DNA of 56,259 bases from a virus, in the IMG/VR virus record IMGVR_UViG_3300043184_000094, positions 1 through 56,259 of that record. One strand, given 5' to 3'. The position numbers and the translations under genes are program-made. Shown in pieces: positions 52,164-56,259 of the stretch (its first letter is position 1; each line of letters begins with the position of its first letter). The notes beneath the pieces are model-generated. The model saw only the letters and a list, made by a program, of their open reading frames with translations, was not told the origin of the DNA and did not search any database.

Positions 52164-54182
52164 GTGCCCGACTCGCTCGCCGTGGACAACCTGGGCACCC
52201 TGTACGCCTTCAACGGCATCGACGCCCCCGTGGCCTGGCACCCGGACAGCCCGGTGGCCGAGCCGGTCGGCCTCGACCCGCCGGCGACCCGGCTCACCCT
52301 GACCGGCCTCGGCGACAACCTGCCCGGGACGACCGGCCGGAAGGTCTACGTCGGCTACCAGCGGTTCCTCGACCGGTTCGGCAACGCCTCGAACCTGTCC
52401 CCCGAGTCCCTTCTGGCGGAGACGGGCGAGGGCGGCTACTCGTACACCGACGCGGAGGCCCCGGCCGACCCGCGGGTGACGCGCCGCCAGTTCCTCCGCA
52501 ACACCCAGGGGCAGTTCAACGTCTTCTACGTTGACATCGACACCGCCGACCTGACCGGCACGTCGTTCACCAGCACCAGCCAGGACGGCGACCTCGCCGA
52601 GAACGACTCGGTGGTGCTGCTGGACGACGACGGCCGCCCGGTCGCCAACGCCAACGGCAAGCCGCCCGCCCACCCGCCGTTCGCGGCGTTCCACCTCGGC
52701 CGCCTGTGGCTGGCCGGGGCCGCCGAGTACTCCGAGGGGTCGGTCCGGTACACGAACCGGCTGGCCGTCGGGTTCGGCACCCGGTGGACGCCGGCGATGG
52801 TCGGCCGCCAGTTCCACCTGAACGGGGTGGCCCAGGAGATCGTTTCGGTGGACGTGGCCGCCCAGACACTGCGGACCGACCCGGCCGGGCCGTTCGCCTA
52901 CCCGGCCGACTTCGCCGGCTACGCGATCCGGGCGTACCCGGCCGACTCGCGGAACATGTACTTCTCCGGGGCCGGGACGCCACACGCCTGGAGCCCGCTC
53001 GACGCCTTCGAGGTGCCGGCCGACGGGGACGAGGTGACGGGCCTCATGCCGTTCGCCTCGTTCCTGTACCTGCTCAAGCGCCGCCACCTGTACCGCGTCA
53101 CCGCCAACGCCGACCCGTTCCTCGACGGGGCGCTGTTCCTGGCCGCCCGCCGCGGGTGCGTCAACCACCGGTGCTGGGCGCACGCCGACGAGGCCACCTT
53201 CCTGATGGACGAGGGCGGGGTGTACGCCCTGTCGCCCGGCGGCGACCCGGTGCCGGTGAGCGGCGCGGTCGAGCCACTGTTCCGCCCGCCCGCCTACGCC
53301 GCCGACCGGATCAACTGGCAGGCGTCCCGGTTCTTCCACGCCAGCATCGACCCCGGGCCGGGCGTCGCCCGGTTCCTCGTCTGCCTCCGCGGCGAGTACC
53401 TGCCCCGCCACGCCCTCTGCTACGGCTACCGCCGCCAGCGGTGGTGGGTCGAGGAGTACCCGGTCCCGGTCGGGGCGGCCGTCGCGTCCGACCTCGGCCC
53501 GCCGACCGGCGGGTGGGGCCGCAACCCGGAGCGGCTGCTGCTCGGGATGCCGGCCGCCGCGTTCGCCGCCCTCGACGGCTCGCCGACGGACGGCCCCGCC
53601 GGGACGGCCGCCCGGGGCAGGGTCGGGTCGGCGACGCCCCTCACCCTGACCGACCCGACCGCCCGGTTCCCGGACCTGACCAACGTGCCGGTGGCCGTCG
53701 CCTCGGGCCGGGGCCGGGCGCAGGTGCGGGTCGTCGTCTCGAACACCGCCACCCGGCTGACGGTGGACCGGCCGTGGGCCGTCCGCCCCGACCGCCTCTC
53801 GACGTACCAGGTCGGCGGCATTGCCTTCCGCCACCGGACCCCGCTCCTGCGGCTGTCGCCCAGCGAGGACCGGGACGGCGGGTCGGTCGAGCTGCTGTTC
53901 CCGCCGACCGCCGGCGCGTCCGCCCGCCTGGCCGTCGCCCCGGGGTTCTCGGCGGCCGAGCGGGTCGGGTACGCGGTCGGCGGCGGCACGGCGCAGGCCC
54001 GCCGGGGCGAGCCCGGCCGGGACATCGACCTGTCCGACGAGACGGGGGCGTTCACCGCCAAGTTCGACCGCGGGCGGGAGCGGCTGACGACCGGCCGGCG
54101 GTTCGTCCGTCTCGGCCTCGACGGGGTGAGCGGCGACCCGCCGACCTCATTCGGCGAGACGATCCTGAACGGGGTGGTGTGA
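52164..54182 (+). CDS. Large tail/nozzle-sized virion protein, 672 aa
   Basis: Track ORF, protein-like throughout. Confidence 0.8.
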   Translation: MPDSLAVDNLGTLYAFNGIDAPVAWHPDSPVAEPVGLDPPATRLTLTGLGDNLPGTTGRKVYVGYQRFLDRFGNASNLSPESLLAETGEGGYSYTDAEAPADPRVTRRQFLRNTQGQFNVFYVDIDTADLTGTSFTSTSQDGDLAENDSVVLLDDDGRPVANANGKPPAHPPFAAFHLGRLWLAGAAEYSEGSVRYTNRLAVGFGTRWTPAMVGRQFHLNGVAQEIVSVDVAAQTLRTDPAGPFAYPADFAGYAIRAYPADSRNMYFSGAGTPHAWSPLDAFEVPADGDEVTGLMPFASFLYLLKRRHLYRVTANADPFLDGALFLAARRGCVNHRCWAHADEATFLMDEGGVYALSPGGDPVPVSGAVEPLFRPPAYAADRINWQASRFFHASIDPGPGVARFLVCLRGEYLPRHALCYGYRRQRWWVEEYPVPVGAAVASDLGPPTGGWGRNPERLLLGMPAAAFAALDGSPTDGPAGTAARGRVGSATPLTLTDPTARFPDLTNVPVAVASGRGRAQVRVVVSNTATRLTVDRPWAVRPDRLSTYQVGGIAFRHRTPLLRLSPSEDRDGGSVELLFPPTAGASARLAVAPGFSAAERVGYAVGGGTAQARRGEPGRDIDLSDETGAFTAKFDRGRERLTTGRRFVRLGLDGVSGDPPTSFGETILNGVV

Positions 54183-54523
54183 TGGCCGTCGTGCCCAAGA
54201 CCGCGCGGAAGCGGCTGCTCCGCGGCAACTGGAAGTCGATCGGGGAGCTCGCCCAGGAGGTCTGGGCGTGCCTCAACTTCGACATCGTGGCCGGGGCGGC
54301 GGCGGCGGGAACGAACACCAAGCTGGCCCGGGTCGTGTCCGGGGCCGGCGGCACCTACACCATCGACCTGGCCGGGCCGGGCGAGAGCCCCGACGAGGTG
54401 GAGGCGGCCGTCCGCCAGATCGCCGAGGACGCCACCGTGCCGGCCGGGACCGTCGTCACCGCCGTCCAGAACGCGGCCGGCGACTGGGAGTTCCAGCCCG
54501 CCGTCTGGCTGGAGGCCGCCTGA
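54182..54523 (+). CDS. Hypothetical protein, 113 aa
   Basis: TGATG junction. Protein-like tail of track ORF 52706..54523. Confidence 0.6.
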   Translation: MAVVPKTARKRLLRGNWKSIGELAQEVWACLNFDIVAGAAAAGTNTKLARVVSGAGGTYTIDLAGPGESPDEVEAAVRQIAEDATVPAGTVVTAVQNAAGDWEFQPAVWLEAA

Positions 54524-55629
54524 TGCCTGCCGTGTCACTCAACCCGCTCGACCGCGGCAACGTCGTCCTGCGATACCGGGACACCACCGTGGGCGGCGGG
54601 TTTTACTACCGCTACTGGCACACGGAACTGAAGGCCACAACCGGCACCCTGCCCGTCCGCACGCCGCCCGCCGCCCCGCCGCTGGACTACGGGTTCCCGT
54701 TCGTGATCGGCGGCCGGGAGCACTTGGCGCTGGCGGCCGGCCTGACGACCTACCCCCTGAACGACCAAAACTTCGTCGCAGGCCCGCCGGGGTATCAGCT
54801 CGGCCCTTACGCGATGCCGGACGTAGACGTGAGCTCGGCCGCAGCCGGCGGGGAGCTCACGCGGCCCGACAGCGACCCCCTGAAGTATCACCCCAAGCCT
54901 GGGCACCAGTGGCGGCCGGCCAAGGGCGGGTGGGGGGAGGTCGGCCACCCGGTCCGGGTGCCCAGGGCCGTCATCCTCAACGTGCCGGACACCGGCACCG
55001 GCGAGTGGGCCGCGTTCGCCGCAGCGGTCGGCGGCGACGTCCACGAGGCGCTGCGGCTCCTGGCAGACCGGCTTGCCGTGGCCGCCCGGCGGCACGGGGC
55101 CGACCTGCTGATTACGGAAACCGCCTACGTCGGCTTCCCGATCAACGCGCTGATGCCGACCGCCACATACCTCGGCGGCGGCCTCGTCGAGCTGACGGGC
55201 GGCCAAGACCCCAACATCATCTCCGTCCTCCAGCCCTACGCGCCGGTCGTGCCCGCGACGTTCGACTTCTCCCGGGGCGCGGTCGGCGAGGTGCTGGTGC
55301 TGGCGCACGTCGCGACTAGCGGCGTCCACGTCTTCGCCACGGACAGGCTGACCGGCACCCCCACCCCGCCCGCGTTCCCGGCGTACTACGAGCAGCGCGG
55401 CCCCGTGCTCCAGCCGCTCCCGCTCGGCCGCGTGCTCCTCGCCCGCTACCGCCAACTCGCCGGCCGCGGCCGGCTCAAGACCGTGGTGTACGGCCCGCTT
55501 CGCCCGGAGACGCCCGTGTTCAGCCAGGCCGAAATTGCCGACGCCCTCTGGGGCGACGCGGTGACGCGGGTCGCCCAGCCGTTCTCGGTCGGCCTCCTGG
55601 AGACGCAGATCGACGACTTCTTCGCGTAG
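54523..55629 (+). CDS. Virion protein, 368 aa
   Basis: TGATG junction. Protein-like tail of track ORF 54268..55629. Confidence 0.75.
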   Translation: MPAVSLNPLDRGNVVLRYRDTTVGGGFYYRYWHTELKATTGTLPVRTPPAAPPLDYGFPFVIGGREHLALAAGLTTYPLNDQNFVAGPPGYQLGPYAMPDVDVSSAAAGGELTRPDSDPLKYHPKPGHQWRPAKGGWGEVGHPVRVPRAVILNVPDTGTGEWAAFAAAVGGDVHEALRLLADRLAVAARRHGADLLITETAYVGFPINALMPTATYLGGGLVELTGGQDPNIISVLQPYAPVVPATFDFSRGAVGEVLVLAHVATSGVHVFATDRLTGTPTPPAFPAYYEQRGPVLQPLPLGRVLLARYRQLAGRGRLKTVVYGPLRPETPVFSQAEIADALWGDAVTRVAQPFSVGLLETQIDDFFA

Positions 55630-55677
55630 GGAATCCGTTACAATGATCCTGAGCGACAACGACCAAGGGGGCCAACC

Positions 55678-56259
55678 ATGAGCCGGCTGGGCGGATTCCC
55701 GGTGGTCGGCGGGTTCGGCGGGGGCACGACCGGCGGCCCCGGCCGGGGCCTGGAGATCTTTTCCGTCTACGGCGTGGACCCGAACGAGAACTACCAGCGG
55801 CAGCAGCAGGCGAGGCTCCAGCGGCAGCTCCAGCAGGACCAGCTCCGGTCCGAGGACGCCAGGGCGAGGCTCGGGGCCGACACCCAGCGGTACGCCATCG
55901 ACCGGCAGGGGGACACGGCCCGGTACGCCACCGACGCCGACCGGTACGCCGCCGGGCTGAACGCCGAGACGACCCGCCGCGGGCAGGACTTCTCCCTCCA
56001 GTCGGCCAACCGCGGGTACGACGTGCAGCGCGAGGGCAACCGGCTGCAATCGGACACGTCCCGCTACCTCGGCGACATCCAGAACGCGACGGCGCAGCGG
56101 GGCCAGGACTTCTCCCTCCAGTCGGCGCTCGCCGGGTACGACGTGCAGCGCGAGGGCAACCGGCTGCAATCGGACACGTCCCGCTACCTCGGCGACATCC
56201 AGAACGCGACGGCGCAGCGGGGCCAGGACTTCTCCCTCCAGTCGGCGCTCGCCGGGTAC
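55678..56259 (+). CDS. N-terminal part of the wrap-around 40-aa-repeat virion-block protein (continues at nt 2)
   Basis: ATG at 55678 with AAGGGGG upstream. My translation: MSRLGGFPVVGGFGGG...QRQQQARLQRQLQQDQL...RGQDFSLQSANRGYDVQREGNRLQ. No stop before the window end, so it is absent from the track. Confidence 0.8.
   Translation, partial: MSRLGGFPVVGGFGGGTTGGPGRGLEIFSVYGVDPNENYQRQQQARLQRQLQQDQLRSEDARARLGADTQRYAIDRQGDTARYATDADRYAAGLNAETTRRGQDFSLQSANRGYDVQREGNRLQSDTSRYLGDIQNATAQRGQDFSLQSALAGYDVQREGNRLQSDTSRYLGDIQNATAQRGQDFSLQSALAGY
55893..56259 (+). repeat. 120-bp tandem repeat array (window-end half)
   Basis: One degenerate unit at about 55893-56012, then identical units at 56013-56132 and 56133-56252, plus 7 nt. 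Confidence 0.95.

Overview
This 56.3-kb window reads as one essentially complete dsDNA phage genome assembled as a circle. The last 247 nt (56013-56259) are identical to nt 1-247, and the junction falls inside a gene built from perfect 120-bp tandem repeats. The DNA is very GC-rich (judged by eye, not computed), so all six frames carry long Arg/Gly/Pro-rich shadow ORFs. I called genes from protein-like composition, third-position G+C, Shine-Dalgarno-like motifs, and the pervasive 4-nt ATGA/GTGA/TTGA stop-start overlaps. Many track ORFs were trimmed to internal starts. Layout: (i) A plus-strand late/virion block runs from 33009 through the window end and on to 9378. It holds a scaffold-like gene, capsid, glycosyltransferase, LamG proteins, a fibre/spike-sized protein, a holin-like plus secreted peptidase-like pair, small and large terminase, portal, about a dozen tail/adaptor-sized proteins, and a run of large internal/ejection-type proteins. 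(ii) A minus-strand early block spans 9480-31492. It holds HTH proteins, a DUF1064-type nuclease, DnaB helicase preceded by an initiator-like gene with phased iteron-like repeats, RecT plus a YqaJ-type exonuclease, and an Xis-like HTH. It also holds a DNA-modification-flavoured island (DpdA-like transglycosylase, PAPS-reductase-like PP-loop protein, HAD phosphatase, RNase H-like protein, SPPY amino-methyltransferase, ATP-grasp protein) and many small unknowns. (iii) A plus-strand integrase cassette (18568-20252) sits inside the early block. (iv) A roughly 1.5-kb ORF-free, hairpin-rich region (31493-33008) lies between the divergent early and late blocks. A TIGR02996-type (Gemmata repeat-companion) N-terminal domain suggests a Gemmata-like planctomycete host; this is an inference. 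I recognised no tRNA, rRNA, CRISPR array, reverse transcriptase or transposase by eye. Four genes show reading-frame breaks that could be assembly indels or real decay, and these must be checked against reads before any functional claim. All homology statements come from motif recognition without database searches.
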